Source: a virus
Lineage: Duplodnaviria; Caudoviricetes
Reading direction: 5' to 3' (one strand)
Virus record (IMG/VR): IMGVR_UViG_3300033076_000982
Coordinates: 1-42,667 of that record
Length of the DNA stretch: 42,667 nt
Part shown: in pieces, positions 11,001 through 19,587 of the stretch
Position numbering within the stretch: the first letter of the stretch is position 1
Layout: each line of letters begins with the position of its first letter
Translations under genes and position numbers: made by a program
Notes under the pieces: generated by a model
What the model saw: the letters and a program-made list of their open reading frames with translations, nothing else
Database searches by the model: none
What the model was told of the DNA's origin: nothing

Positions 11001-12877
11001 AAAATCCGTATGTCAGTTACATTAAAACTATGCTGAACATCACTCAAAAGAATGAAGTGCCGTTGCTCACTTCGTTCAATGAGACTGTGGATAAAGCATT
11101 TAGCAAAGGCATGCAAGTTGTAGATGACGCCTGGAATTCTATTAAATCTCCTGAAGATCTAGGAGAAGTAAATGCGATATTCCAAAAGTTGGGAATCAAA
11201 TCTGCGTATGGAGATACTGCAGCAGTCTTGCTTGCAAATCATTCTGCGCCTAAGAATGTATTGGCAAACTTTGTGCGTAGCGCCAATAGTATTCTGTCGA
11301 CATTGACTCTACGACTTGATCCGCTCAATAGTATTAATAATGTTATCGGTGCGAATGTGTTGCTTGGCACTGAAACTAAAGCACTTATTCGCGCTATTAA
11401 GCAAGGTAACTCTGAAGCCGCAGGTAAACTTGGAGAGCTGAAAGATATTACCCTGCCAGGAATGCCTGATACTATTACCGCTCCGAGTAAATTGATCGGC
11501 AAATCAATGCAGCGGTATTTTGATTCTGCTATTTCTCCTGCACTGAAAGCAGAATATAAAGCGAATGGGTGGATCACTGATATCAGCCAGCAATTTGATT
11601 CTATTCTTGATGATCTTACTCTGGTTGGAACGGAATCAGAAGGGACTATTAAGAAGAAACTCAATAGCGCATTTGCAAAAATGAAAGCAGGTGCAGATAA
11701 AGGTGAAGCATTTACTGGCAATAAATTTGCAGAAGAGTTTAATAGATTTATTGCAGCAGATGTAATGAAACAGATCACTGATCTTGGAGTGCAAGCAGGA
11801 GTTATTGGCAGTAAAGAAGCTAAGAGCTATATCAATACTTTTGTTAATCGCACTCAGGGTAATTTTCTTGCTTCACAGCGTCCTTTGATATTTCAAGGAG
11901 CTGTGGGTCAAGCAGTTGGCTTGTTCCAGACTTATCAATTTAATCTTATGCAACAGTTGTTTCGTCATGTAGGCGAAGGAGCTGGCAAAGATGCAGCTAC
12001 ACTTCTTGGATTACAAGGAACTCTGTATGGACTTAATGGATTACCCGCCTTTAATTATATTAATACTCATATTGTTGGCACGGCTTCGGGGAATTCTGAA
12101 CACAGAGACTTGTATTCGTCTACTTACGGTATATTTGGTAATTCCGTGGGCAATTGGCTACTGTATGGTGCGCCTAGTAATTTGCTACATACTAACCTAT
12201 ACAGTCGCGGAGACATTAATCCACGCCATCCCAGTATTATTCCTCTTAATCCTTTGGATATTCCTGCAATATCGGCTACTAGCACGTTCTTAGGAAATCT
12301 TAAAGATGTAACTTCTAAGATTATTGCCGGAGGTTCTGTCTGGCAAACTGTGCTGCAAGGAGTAGAACATAATGGATTATCTCGTCCTCTTGCTGGCCTT
12401 GCTCAGGTTGCGCAGGGATTCAGTAATGGCGGCACTGTGTTTGCAACTTCTGGTAAAGGAACCATTCTTGGATCTAATGATCTTGTATCACTTATGAGTT
12501 TTGCAAGATTGGCCGGCGGCAGACCTCTTGATGAAGCCATTGTAAACGATGCTACATATCGCACCTCAGTATATAAAGCAGTAGATACTGAGCGTAAACA
12601 GTTTTTGGCAGAAACAGTTAAGACTTCAGTTATTGCTAACGGTCAGCCAGATGATGAACAGTATGCTCAGTTTGCTGGCAGATATGCAGAACTTGGAGGA
12701 GACTCAAAGCGATTTAATTCATATATGATGAAACAGATTCTTGCAGCTAATACTCCGCAAGCTGAAAAAATCATTACACAACTTAAGACTCCGTATGCTC
12801 AAAACATGCAGAGAATTATGGGCGGTAAAGAATATGGTGCAGATGTATTTCTTAACTCAGAAGGAGAAGCAGAATGA
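8006..12877 (+). CDS. Large internal virion (ejection) protein
   Basis: 1623 aa, Ala-rich and helical, with hydrophobic Gly/Ala segments near the N-terminus; typical large podovirus core protein. Confidence 0.7.
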   Translation: MADFSIFSNDVAPQDPVPSGADALPSYYNALDSHNYGNGNFAFTDPSTWGQSLDNAGKFILGAAYSGRNGFYNTGVAIGNFFGADLEEKDTATDLANIDSDLSAYYVANKEDIDLAGFIVSSLVPGIGGTKILSAGKLALREAAAAGTLGDNVAAGLGLFRPTTVLTKEAAQQIVAGQAAFSNLTSGTIKALASGVGGAALEGAAFELAVAATMFKSPVLDQADGWDIAKNVLLGAGVSGVIGGAFNAAKVYGAIRSEVKIANEAEKPFTSISELPKIASPAERLIQRFEDVEATPGILADTADNATKLNRLRSDKLTKLNNLARTEVHEMSASADPVLGNMLADSLVGANAQTVREGFAYATQIGRLADDLGVEVASRQIAKENAKAVAKKLPLKEDTNSVQYVGLTGEGKGIISSVAPRTPNIADTVVPRAGQTIAAAVEEKIAAYGFNSKKLWDATKVTSHLEAEARYYWARNQTALPRVFAEVHENDIPLLQKAYAQKKAGSLEHMILEDSKGQQFRLDTADDILDALREAKQRVANTLEKSPAFKGQDIDPIARIVNTRVSWLDGARSPNELDDIFAHESYTAKYHEELVDKGLRRATDAPTDLSLLPSVMKVGYDRAAMNEVNGMMLQGLSWLEAKSKIYMEAVDNVVASQTGSLYQRFIEFPKELLLKANQYGAGGKLFAFSNGNYGSAASFAEQIGSATAQLEKEVMKNTSTRLESVAYQLVNNKEAAIEFQYLQEKVAGTAEHYILSADGTELVARSVQDYLDKVARGAKNLKEPELQPGAPATIPIQNQITRDAVAAHIEVSGGRVSKTKEIRAVQGLEDSKDPRTFYPVRPNPKDYKFFAFVKDPTVTAGAAGHTTMIHAASEVELQRLIEKVPSNLNVYTKKQAEEFYQAQGSYDFDRTLHDNYIDSALRKAGVNSQFLQKTDPSKITKDWLDDHLTRDRTYAREVVSAKYQPVMDELRRLGDQYTGIATSKYGSSSIQKYAGDTVKNPYVSYIKTMLNITQKNEVPLLTSFNETVDKAFSKGMQVVDDAWNSIKSPEDLGEVNAIFQKLGIKSAYGDTAAVLLANHSAPKNVLANFVRSANSILSTLTLRLDPLNSINNVIGANVLLGTETKALIRAIKQGNSEAAGKLGELKDITLPGMPDTITAPSKLIGKSMQRYFDSAISPALKAEYKANGWITDISQQFDSILDDLTLVGTESEGTIKKKLNSAFAKMKAGADKGEAFTGNKFAEEFNRFIAADVMKQITDLGVQAGVIGSKEAKSYINTFVNRTQGNFLASQRPLIFQGAVGQAVGLFQTYQFNLMQQLFRHVGEGAGKDAATLLGLQGTLYGLNGLPAFNYINTHIVGTASGNSEHRDLYSSTYGIFGNSVGNWLLYGAPSNLLHTNLYSRGDINPRHPSIIPLNPLDIPAISATSTFLGNLKDVTSKIIAGGSVWQTVLQGVEHNGLSRPLAGLAQVAQGFSNGGTVFATSGKGTILGSNDLVSLMSFARLAGGRPLDEAIVNDATYRTSVYKAVDTERKQFLAETVKTSVIANGQPDDEQYAQFAGRYAELGGDSKRFNSYMMKQILAANTPQAEKIITQLKTPYAQNMQRIMGGKEYGADVFLNSEGEAE

Positions 12878-13410
12878 AGTGGAATCCAGTTAAATCTTTT
12901 ATTGCAGGATTGATTATTGCAATAGCTGCAGGAACTGCTGGCGCTCAAGGTAATACTATTGTTCGAGGTGAAGTATCCCCAGGAGTGTATGCAAATATCG
13001 CAGTGAATGGAAGCGGTAATTTGCTTACAGCCTCTACTACGTTGAATGTAGCAGTTCCTATTGTAGCAATTCCAGTAGGAACTTACACTAGTATTCAGAC
13101 TCAAGCTACGCAAATCAATACAATATATTCCAGTATAAATATCGTTTGCAATGTAACCGCAGTAACGGCAGTTCAAACTGTAACATTTGCGTTGGATATT
13201 GTAGATTCTGGTGGCAATTTTGTTAATCTTCTCAGCAGCACGCCAGTAGGAACAGTTAGCACAATTACTATTTCTTACGGCACTGGACACTCGCTAATAA
13301 CAGGAACAAGTGCAGGCGGGCATTTGCCATATAGGTGGCGCATGAGAGCAATTCATTCTGGCGTTGGGCCTTTTACTTATGGATGCGAAGCAGGATTGAG
13401 TCGCATATAA
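12874..13410 (+). CDS. Hypothetical beta-rich protein with a Sec-type signal peptide
   Basis: ATGA overlap. MKWNPVKSFIAGLIIAIAAGTAGA|QG has positive n-region, hydrophobic h-region and AGA cleavage motif. Confidence 0.6.
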   Translation: MKWNPVKSFIAGLIIAIAAGTAGAQGNTIVRGEVSPGVYANIAVNGSGNLLTASTTLNVAVPIVAIPVGTYTSIQTQATQINTIYSSINIVCNVTAVTAVQTVTFALDIVDSGGNFVNLLSSTPVGTVSTITISYGTGHSLITGTSAGGHLPYRWRMRAIHSGVGPFTYGCEAGLSRI

Positions 13411-13430
13411 TAAGTAAAATTGCAGGCAAT

Positions 13431-13461
13431 AAAAAACCCGCTGATAAGGCGGGTTTCTTTT
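13431..13461. terminator. Bidirectional rho-independent terminator where the two arms converge
   Basis: AAACCCGC-TGATAAG-GCGGGTTT stem, with an A-run on the left and TTTCTTTT on the right, between convergent genes. Confidence 0.88.
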
Positions 13462-13481
13462 GTGCGGCGGATTGATACAGA

Positions 13482-13712
13482 TTATGGCAAAGCCGCAATG
13501 CTATCTACTACGTCTGCGTATTCATTTTCAACGTTTTCTGCGTGTTTTTCAATATTACTGCAAACATTTGCTAGATCTTCTTTTCCTTCTTCGTCGTCTT
13601 CCATATCTTCCCTGTGCATGTCAATAATATCTCGACAGGTTTCCAGCCGGGTAATATAGAGATTATACGCTTCTTCAAGCGCATCAATATATTGTTTTGC
13701 CAATACGCTCAT
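13482..13712 (-). CDS. Small acidic hypothetical protein
   Basis: AAGGAG RBS; 76 aa, strongly Asp/Glu-rich. Confidence 0.7.
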   Translation of the reverse strand: MSVLAKQYIDALEEAYNLYITRLETCRDIIDMHREDMEDDEEGKEDLANVCSNIEKHAENVENEYADVVDSIAALP

Positions 13713-13723
13713 ATAAATACTCC

Positions 13724-14017
13724 TTATTTAGTGGATGAATCTAAAATAATCAATGGTTTCATTTCTTCCATACCTACAACCACACCGCGCTTACTCTGGA
13801 GTTTGGAAGTAAGAACTCCAGCAAGATGAGTCATGTCTGCCTCATTGAATATCCCGTCAATCATTACTTCACAATATGCCGCGATGATTCCAAACTTAAT
13901 ATCCCATTCAGCATTTTGCTGCTCTCGCATCAATTCTACAAGAGGATCATGCAACATTGCCTCTTTTGCTAGAGCGATAAACTCTTCAGGAAAATAAACA
14001 AGCTGCATTTGTTTCAT
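13724..14017 (-). CDS. Hypothetical protein
   Basis: ATGA overlap with the upstream gene; 97 aa. Confidence 0.7.
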   Translation of the reverse strand: MKQMQLVYFPEEFIALAKEAMLHDPLVELMREQQNAEWDIKFGIIAAYCEVMIDGIFNEADMTHLAGVLTSKLQSKRGVVVGMEEMKPLIILDSSTK

Positions 14018-14583
14018 TGGATTATCAATCCTCGCGACTGGAGTTCGATCAGATATTTTTGAGCAAGTTCTGCTTGATGAATTGCATCATCCAAAGCACT
14101 GTGCTTTGTTCCTTTGAATGGCTCGGTTGGCCAATTCTTACTCATCAATTTATCCAGAGTCCTGAAACAACGATGATCATCATATTTCCAGGGAATAGGA
14201 ATATTGCACTGATCAAAAGCATTAGCAAGGATAGGCAAATCAAAATCTGAACCTTTGCTCCAAGGAATAATCTGAGCATCAAGGCTAATGCAATAGAAAC
14301 TAAACGCAGTCATTGCAGTGAGAATAGATTCAGTTCCTCCAAACACTTCACGACGAGCAGCAGGATGCTGTTTATCCCACCAGTTAATTGTGTCTTGGCA
14401 CACAGAATATGCGGGAGAGTACGCATCATATTGCAATGGATCGAGTCGCATGTAAAATGTTTCTCGCGGCTCACTGTGTAGAAATGGTTTTGCAGCAATA
14501 GAGAGAATAGCTGCGTTTGGTTCAGTGGAAAGAGTCTCAAGATCAATCATGAGATTCAATTTTGGTTTAGGATTGCAGGGCAT
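14014..14583 (-). CDS. DEDDh 3'-5' exonuclease / exoribonuclease (DUF5051, Rv2179c-like)
   Basis: Motifs 'MIDLETL', 'AAILSI', 'TINWW', 'W.KG.DFDLPIL', 'RCFRT' and 'HSALDDA..QA'. Start chosen at ATG 14583; 14550 is an alternative. Confidence 0.88.
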   Translation of the reverse strand: MPCNPKPKLNLMIDLETLSTEPNAAILSIAAKPFLHSEPRETFYMRLDPLQYDAYSPAYSVCQDTINWWDKQHPAARREVFGGTESILTAMTAFSFYCISLDAQIIPWSKGSDFDLPILANAFDQCNIPIPWKYDDHRCFRTLDKLMSKNWPTEPFKGTKHSALDDAIHQAELAQKYLIELQSRGLIIQ

Positions 14584-14584
14584 G

Positions 14585-15841
14585 TTATTCCAATTTCCTT
14601 TCTTCAGGTGAGAGCCAGTTAATATCAATTACATCGTTCACTACATCTTGCTGCACAACTCGCACTGGAAGAAACTTTCCATTTACGAGTTGAATCTTCT
14701 TTGCCATCTGCAAATTCTGCAATATATCTGAGAGGTGGCTCATCTTGTCCAAATCATTTACAAGCTGTTTATAAATATCTACAGCTGAAAGTGGCACAGA
14801 TGAATTGTCTACAATCTGAACCACCTTATGTGCAACATCTGAATTCTTCGCCTTACCAAATTCACCTAAAGCTTTAGGCATTAGTGTCTCAGTGTAACTT
14901 AGAACAGTGTTTGCAAATACTACATCTTCTTCTTGAATACTTGAGTGCAGTGCAGATGCAGCATGAATGATACAAAGTTTTAGCAGATGAGTGAATCTGC
15001 GATTTGCATATGATTCAAATCTTACATCTGCTATTCCAGGCCACGTGCGGTAGATTTTATCTAATAGCAATTTAGCTTTAGGAACAATCTCAAGTCTACC
15101 AGATACAGCTTTGCGAATATCTTTTAATCGCTCAACCACTGCTGCTAATTCATATGGATCGCGCTCAACTGGAAATGCAATCTTGCGTCCATTAGGCTCA
15201 CCATATATTAGAAGCAGACGACTAAAGAATCCTTGGCCTATAATTTCTGGAGGAAACGCAGTGCTAAAGCTAGTAGGAGTGTTCCCGCCAAGTATACTAA
15301 TGGTGGGGTCGGCAATAACGAAACTTTTTCCGTTCTTAATTCTGTTTTCATACGGGCCTTCCCAATCCCATAAACTACCAAGCAAAGAAATAAATTCGAG
15401 ATTATTATTCCCAAAAAAATCATTAAACTCGTCAGCCATGATGAAAGATTCTGCAGGTATTCCGTTTCCATCTGAGCCTCCAAAAAGATTTTGATCTAAT
15501 ATATCTACTGTCACCTCAGACTCAATGCCACTAAGATCAAGAAGAAATTTCTCTTTCGTAGTCTTAGATGCTGCAATAGTATTATATCCGGCAGCCTGCA
15601 AAATCTTTTTGAAGTTCTTAATAGCAGTGCTCTTACGAGTTCCTGCAACTCCAAGAAGCATACAGTATTGATTGGGATATATCTTTGCGTTGCCAAATGG
15701 AATGTATGCGCTCTTGCCTAGATAAGCTCCTATGCCAGCGATTGCTGCCCAGCGATTAAAAAATGCAGGAACTTCACTGCCACCTGTATATTGCAGATAG
15801 GCAGTGAAGAAATCATCACGATTGCTGGAATTGGATTGCAT
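14585..15841 (-). CDS. DUF3987-like AAA+ ATPase (putative replicative helicase domain, no primase domain)
   Basis: N-terminal 'EVPAFFNRWAAI', Walker A 'GVAGTRKST', Walker B 'FIMADEF', 'GFFSRLL' arginine-finger region and a winged-helix-like C-terminus. Confidence 0.75.
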   Translation of the reverse strand: MQSNSSNRDDFFTAYLQYTGGSEVPAFFNRWAAIAGIGAYLGKSAYIPFGNAKIYPNQYCMLLGVAGTRKSTAIKNFKKILQAAGYNTIAASKTTKEKFLLDLSGIESEVTVDILDQNLFGGSDGNGIPAESFIMADEFNDFFGNNNLEFISLLGSLWDWEGPYENRIKNGKSFVIADPTISILGGNTPTSFSTAFPPEIIGQGFFSRLLLIYGEPNGRKIAFPVERDPYELAAVVERLKDIRKAVSGRLEIVPKAKLLLDKIYRTWPGIADVRFESYANRRFTHLLKLCIIHAASALHSSIQEEDVVFANTVLSYTETLMPKALGEFGKAKNSDVAHKVVQIVDNSSVPLSAVDIYKQLVNDLDKMSHLSDILQNLQMAKKIQLVNGKFLPVRVVQQDVVNDVIDINWLSPEERKLE

Positions 15842-15861
15842 CCTGATTAGTGCGCCTTAAT

Positions 15862-15993
15862 TCAGGCACCTCCATTATGATCTTCAGCCTCATCGCCAGA
15901 TTGTTCTGGCATTCTTGGCCAACACATCCATACAAGACCGATGATATATGCAATGATTATAACCCAAGCAACATAGTCGTCATTGTTATTCAT
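15862..15993 (-). CDS. 43-aa single-pass membrane protein (not in the ORF track)
   Basis: Hand translation MNNNDDYVAWVIIIAYIIGLVWMCWPRMPEQSGDEAEDHNGGA; starts 3 nt after the previous stop and fills the operon gap. Confidence 0.55.
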   Translation of the reverse strand: MNNNDDYVAWVIIIAYIIGLVWMCWPRMPEQSGDEAEDHNGGA

Positions 15994-15996
15994 TTG

Positions 15997-16170
15997 CTAT
16001 TTCATTTCCTGAATATCAATTTTTTCCCCGCCCGAACAAAGCCAAGTTCCTGTTTCAGTATCAACCACAAAATTTTCTTCACTCCACGAGCAGTCTTCAG
16101 CAACGGCTGCATCGTTAGTTCCGGCTACTTTTCCGTCCATCAAATCCGTAATATAATATCTAAATTTCAT
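15997..16170 (-). CDS. 57-aa acidic hypothetical protein (not in the ORF track)
   Basis: ATGA overlap with the polymerase stop; MKFRYYITDLMDGKVAGTND...IQEMK. Confidence 0.65.
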   Translation of the reverse strand: MKFRYYITDLMDGKVAGTNDAAVAEDCSWSEENFVVDTETGTWLCSGGEKIDIQEMK

Positions 16171-18446
16171 TCCGTATCACTCCATCTGTGAGAACCTAAA
16201 CCATCAGGGCCAGCTTTAATTGCTGCTGGGACTACGAATGTTCTAACTTTACCGTCATACCCTTTAATTGTAACAGGAATTTCCATTCGCTCTTTCACCA
16301 TAGCACACAGATAATCATGACCTTTGCGGAACTGAAACAGAATAGAATCATGAATCTGCGCACAGAGCTTGAAGTTACTGCAATGATCTGGATGAATTGC
16401 AATGTCGTAGAACACACGCATGAATGCTTTATTTAGCACCATCGCATTAAGGCTCTGTGGCACATGAGCAACATACGCATTTTTATTACGCTTGTTTTTT
16501 ACAGGATCCCCAAAGCAATACCGAGTCCAACCAGTTGCACCAGTAAGCATACGCTTATTGACAACATCACTAATAATGCCAGGATAGAATACACCTGCAA
16601 TAGTTGGATATGTTTTGTGAAATTGCTCAAGCAAATGTTCTGCAATTTGCACTGGAGTCCAATGAGCTGGAAGTTTAAGCAAGCTCTGTGCTTTATAAAT
16701 GTTCTCCAAGCCCATCGTATCTACAAGAACATTGGCACCCATGCAATAATTAGCGCCGTGATTCACTCGCTTAGAGAGATCTCTCAATACCTTGTCCTTA
16801 GTCTTGCGTTTAATTGCATCGTAGATCGAATCATAGGCGCGGCCAAAGAACTTAGATGCATTATAGGAATGGAAATCGTGGTCGGCTTCGACCGCGTATA
16901 TGAGTCGCTCGTCTCCACTTGCATATGCAGTATCTCTGGATTCAGCCTGTTCCAGATCGCACTCGCCAAAAACAAATCCCTCATCTGCAACAAGAGTGTA
17001 TTTAACTTCTTTTCCTCTAGGGATGTTTTGAATATTAAGGCCATTCCAGAAGTGGTGTTCACGACTGATAAGTCTGCCAGTGTCAGTTCCGTGCGGGTTA
17101 AGAGCGTAAAGAATTCTTCCATCAAGTTCTTTTCCAAGATACTCTCCAGTTTTTGGATCGTTTCCTGTGGGCAGATACGTTGACAAAAGTTTCCGCTCCC
17201 CTCGAATATCGAGAATCTTTCCGAGAATGAAGGAATTGAGAGGGTGGAGATATGCGGCTTTGTTGAGATGTTTTTCATCGGAAGATTCAAATCCTTTGCA
17301 ACCAAGAACACCGAGAAGTGCAAGCACCTGCTTAGGAGAGTTAGAATTAAATCCAGGAGTAGCAGTAATGCGTTCGAGTGATTTCTCTTTAGCAGCAATA
17401 CCGACCTGTAAATCTTTTGCAGACTTTTCCAGTGCTGTCATATCTCTTTTAATGCCAGTCATCTCACACAGATGCGTAGGAAATACTAGCGGAAACTCTT
17501 GCTCGTAATTATGCTTTGCATAGGCAGGAGCTGTTAGCAACCAACGAATAGCGCAGCAAGCTGTTGCCCAAGTATCCAGAGCGTTGTAACGATAATACTC
17601 CATCAGATCCTGAGTGTTTGCAAGATCTTTCCAATACACCGCTTCTCTAACCCAAAATGAATTAAGGAATGCCAGATCTTTTGGCAGCTCTGAATACACA
17701 CAGTGCATCATGTTCGCAGTATCAAACAGATAATTATACATTGGCGCATTCCAACGAGCGAGATACGCACAATCATATTTACCGTTCTGTGCAACTTTAG
17801 GTGCAGGAAGCTCCCAATTAAACTTACGCATCCATGCTACTGCCCACATGGAATCAAGAGGAAGAACTATTGATTTGCTGCTAAGGCTACCATCCGGATT
17901 CGCAAAGATTGCAGTGTATCCCATGCATCTAATTTGTAAATACTGACGCAATGTCTCAATGTCATATGATATAAGAATTGCGGAACGGAACTGTTGAAAT
18001 GTATCTTCGATGTTATTGGCCGTTGCAATGCTGAAATTGAAATCTGGGAGAGTGCCCCAGCTATCACGGGCAGTAAGCTTGGAAATATATCTTGATGTGA
18101 GGAACTTTCCATAAGGCACCGTTTGAATCTGAGCGAGCGGATCTACGAATACAAACTCAATACCATCGCGATTGAAGTAAGAACCTGCGTAAGAATCGAG
18201 TGAAGGACGTTTGCGATTATCCTTCCATCCAAGTAATTTTTCGAGCAGGGTTATATTTGTGCTAATGACGCCAGTGATATTACGCTGCTTGCAATATGAC
18301 TGCACTTCAAAATAAGTGCTAATAGGACGAATATGAACATAGCAAGAGTTGCCATTCATCATCCCTTTCAAATGAGGAAGCATCTTCTCATCTGAAATTT
18401 CTTTTGGATTACCTGTGGCAGGAGTTCCTACAAATGCAAGATTCAT
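16167..18446 (-). CDS. polA: Family A DNA polymerase with 3'-5' exonuclease and an extra N-terminal domain
   Basis: Exo I 'YDIET', Exo II 'QNGKYD', Exo III 'YNALD', 'TDTGRLIS', 'NIQNIP', motif A 'DLEQAESR', motif B 'RDLSKRVNHGANY', motif C 'QIHDSILF'. Confidence 0.95.
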   Translation of the reverse strand: MNLAFVGTPATGNPKEISDEKMLPHLKGMMNGNSCYVHIRPISTYFEVQSYCKQRNITGVISTNITLLEKLLGWKDNRKRPSLDSYAGSYFNRDGIEFVFVDPLAQIQTVPYGKFLTSRYISKLTARDSWGTLPDFNFSIATANNIEDTFQQFRSAILISYDIETLRQYLQIRCMGYTAIFANPDGSLSSKSIVLPLDSMWAVAWMRKFNWELPAPKVAQNGKYDCAYLARWNAPMYNYLFDTANMMHCVYSELPKDLAFLNSFWVREAVYWKDLANTQDLMEYYRYNALDTWATACCAIRWLLTAPAYAKHNYEQEFPLVFPTHLCEMTGIKRDMTALEKSAKDLQVGIAAKEKSLERITATPGFNSNSPKQVLALLGVLGCKGFESSDEKHLNKAAYLHPLNSFILGKILDIRGERKLLSTYLPTGNDPKTGEYLGKELDGRILYALNPHGTDTGRLISREHHFWNGLNIQNIPRGKEVKYTLVADEGFVFGECDLEQAESRDTAYASGDERLIYAVEADHDFHSYNASKFFGRAYDSIYDAIKRKTKDKVLRDLSKRVNHGANYCMGANVLVDTMGLENIYKAQSLLKLPAHWTPVQIAEHLLEQFHKTYPTIAGVFYPGIISDVVNKRMLTGATGWTRYCFGDPVKNKRNKNAYVAHVPQSLNAMVLNKAFMRVFYDIAIHPDHCSNFKLCAQIHDSILFQFRKGHDYLCAMVKERMEIPVTIKGYDGKVRTFVVPAAIKAGPDGLGSHRWSDTE

Positions 18447-18450
18447 TCTA

Positions 18451-18714
18451 TTATACCTTTCTCTTTACCGTAACTGTGGCATCCATAGGAATTACAGGAG
18501 TATCGCCAGCGGTAATAAACATCACGCCGGTTTGAACATTTACACGAAGAATCTCATTGCGATTGATGAGATCGTTAATGAGAGTAGAATTAAGAAGAAA
18601 TCCTGTTGGCTTTACTCGCATAAAAATTTGATCATTATGAAGAAAGCATTGGCCAGGACAAATCTGTGAAGCAGTAACTGTTGCAGGATCAGTATCAAAG
18701 ATTTTGAGTTGCAT
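18451..18714 (-). CDS. Hypothetical protein
   Basis: AGGAG RBS; 87 aa; fills the operon. Confidence 0.7.
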   Translation of the reverse strand: MQLKIFDTDPATVTASQICPGQCFLHNDQIFMRVKPTGFLLNSTLINDLINRNEILRVNVQTGVMFITAGDTPVIPMDATVTVKRKV

Positions 18715-18716
18715 GA

Positions 18717-19574
18717 TTATTCTCCTGAAATTGATTTAGGTGCAGCGACGAGTAAACGATCAAGTGCTGTTGCGTATGGCGTATCGCGGCAGAGATTTAG
18801 CAAACCCTCCATCTCGCTGTCTGAGATGGGCCACGCGGCGATAAAAACAGACTCGCTCGCAGGCTGGGCGATCCTCTTCCGGTTTATGTAACGCAGCAGA
18901 GCTTCCTCATTAAACGAGATGGTCGGTTTGCCATCCCAAAGACCACGCGAGATCGGTGCAATCTCCAATTGCATGTCTTGCAATGTCACCGGCTCCGCAC
19001 TCTCAATCGCCTTGAGGCGGGCGGTAAGGATATCGACCTGACGAGCTAATTTTTCGCACTTTAAAATAAGGGCTTGAGCAGCTTTGATGGATTCGTAGTC
19101 GCCGTGAACAAAAAGATTTCCATCTCCTGACCCAACGCCCATACTGACAGCAGTTTTTCGCTCAAGTTCCTTGATGCGATCGGTGAGGGCCGTTACTTGC
19201 TCGTTTCTGTTGGCGAGCTTTTCGTTCAGCCAACGAGCCGCCCTTTCACGTTGCTGAACTTTAACCTCCAACTCCGCAATCCGCGCATCCTGCGCACCCG
19301 CAGTTCTGCGAGCCTCATCGCCCTTTTCAGCAGCGTCAAGAGCCATAGATAATTGCAACTCCAATTCCGCAATTCGAGAATCTTTCTGCGCGTGCAAAGC
19401 AAGTTCGTGCTCGGCACGTTTGCGATACGTCTCCCAATGCGAGTTGGTCAAGGCGTTGTAGTAATGCGTGCCACGCCAAAGGTCGTGCTCTTTGCCAAGA
19501 GACGCACCCAGCCCGCTCAAAACATCAGCCTCAAAATCCTTCCGCCACTGCTCAATCTGCTTTGGTGTGCTCAT
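18717..19574 (-). CDS. Mosaic coiled-coil protein (Ead/Ea22-like accessory gene)
   Basis: GAGG RBS; repeated 'RIAELE/RIKELE' heptads; visibly more GC-rich than its flanks. Confidence 0.6.
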   Translation of the reverse strand: MSTPKQIEQWRKDFEADVLSGLGASLGKEHDLWRGTHYYNALTNSHWETYRKRAEHELALHAQKDSRIAELELQLSMALDAAEKGDEARRTAGAQDARIAELEVKVQQRERAARWLNEKLANRNEQVTALTDRIKELERKTAVSMGVGSGDGNLFVHGDYESIKAAQALILKCEKLARQVDILTARLKAIESAEPVTLQDMQLEIAPISRGLWDGKPTISFNEEALLRYINRKRIAQPASESVFIAAWPISDSEMEGLLNLCRDTPYATALDRLLVAAPKSISGE

Positions 19575-19587
19575 ATTTAATCCTCAG

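Noticed and set aside
12874-13410. Unimolecular spanin
   Set aside because: No lipobox cysteine and no C-terminal transmembrane helix.
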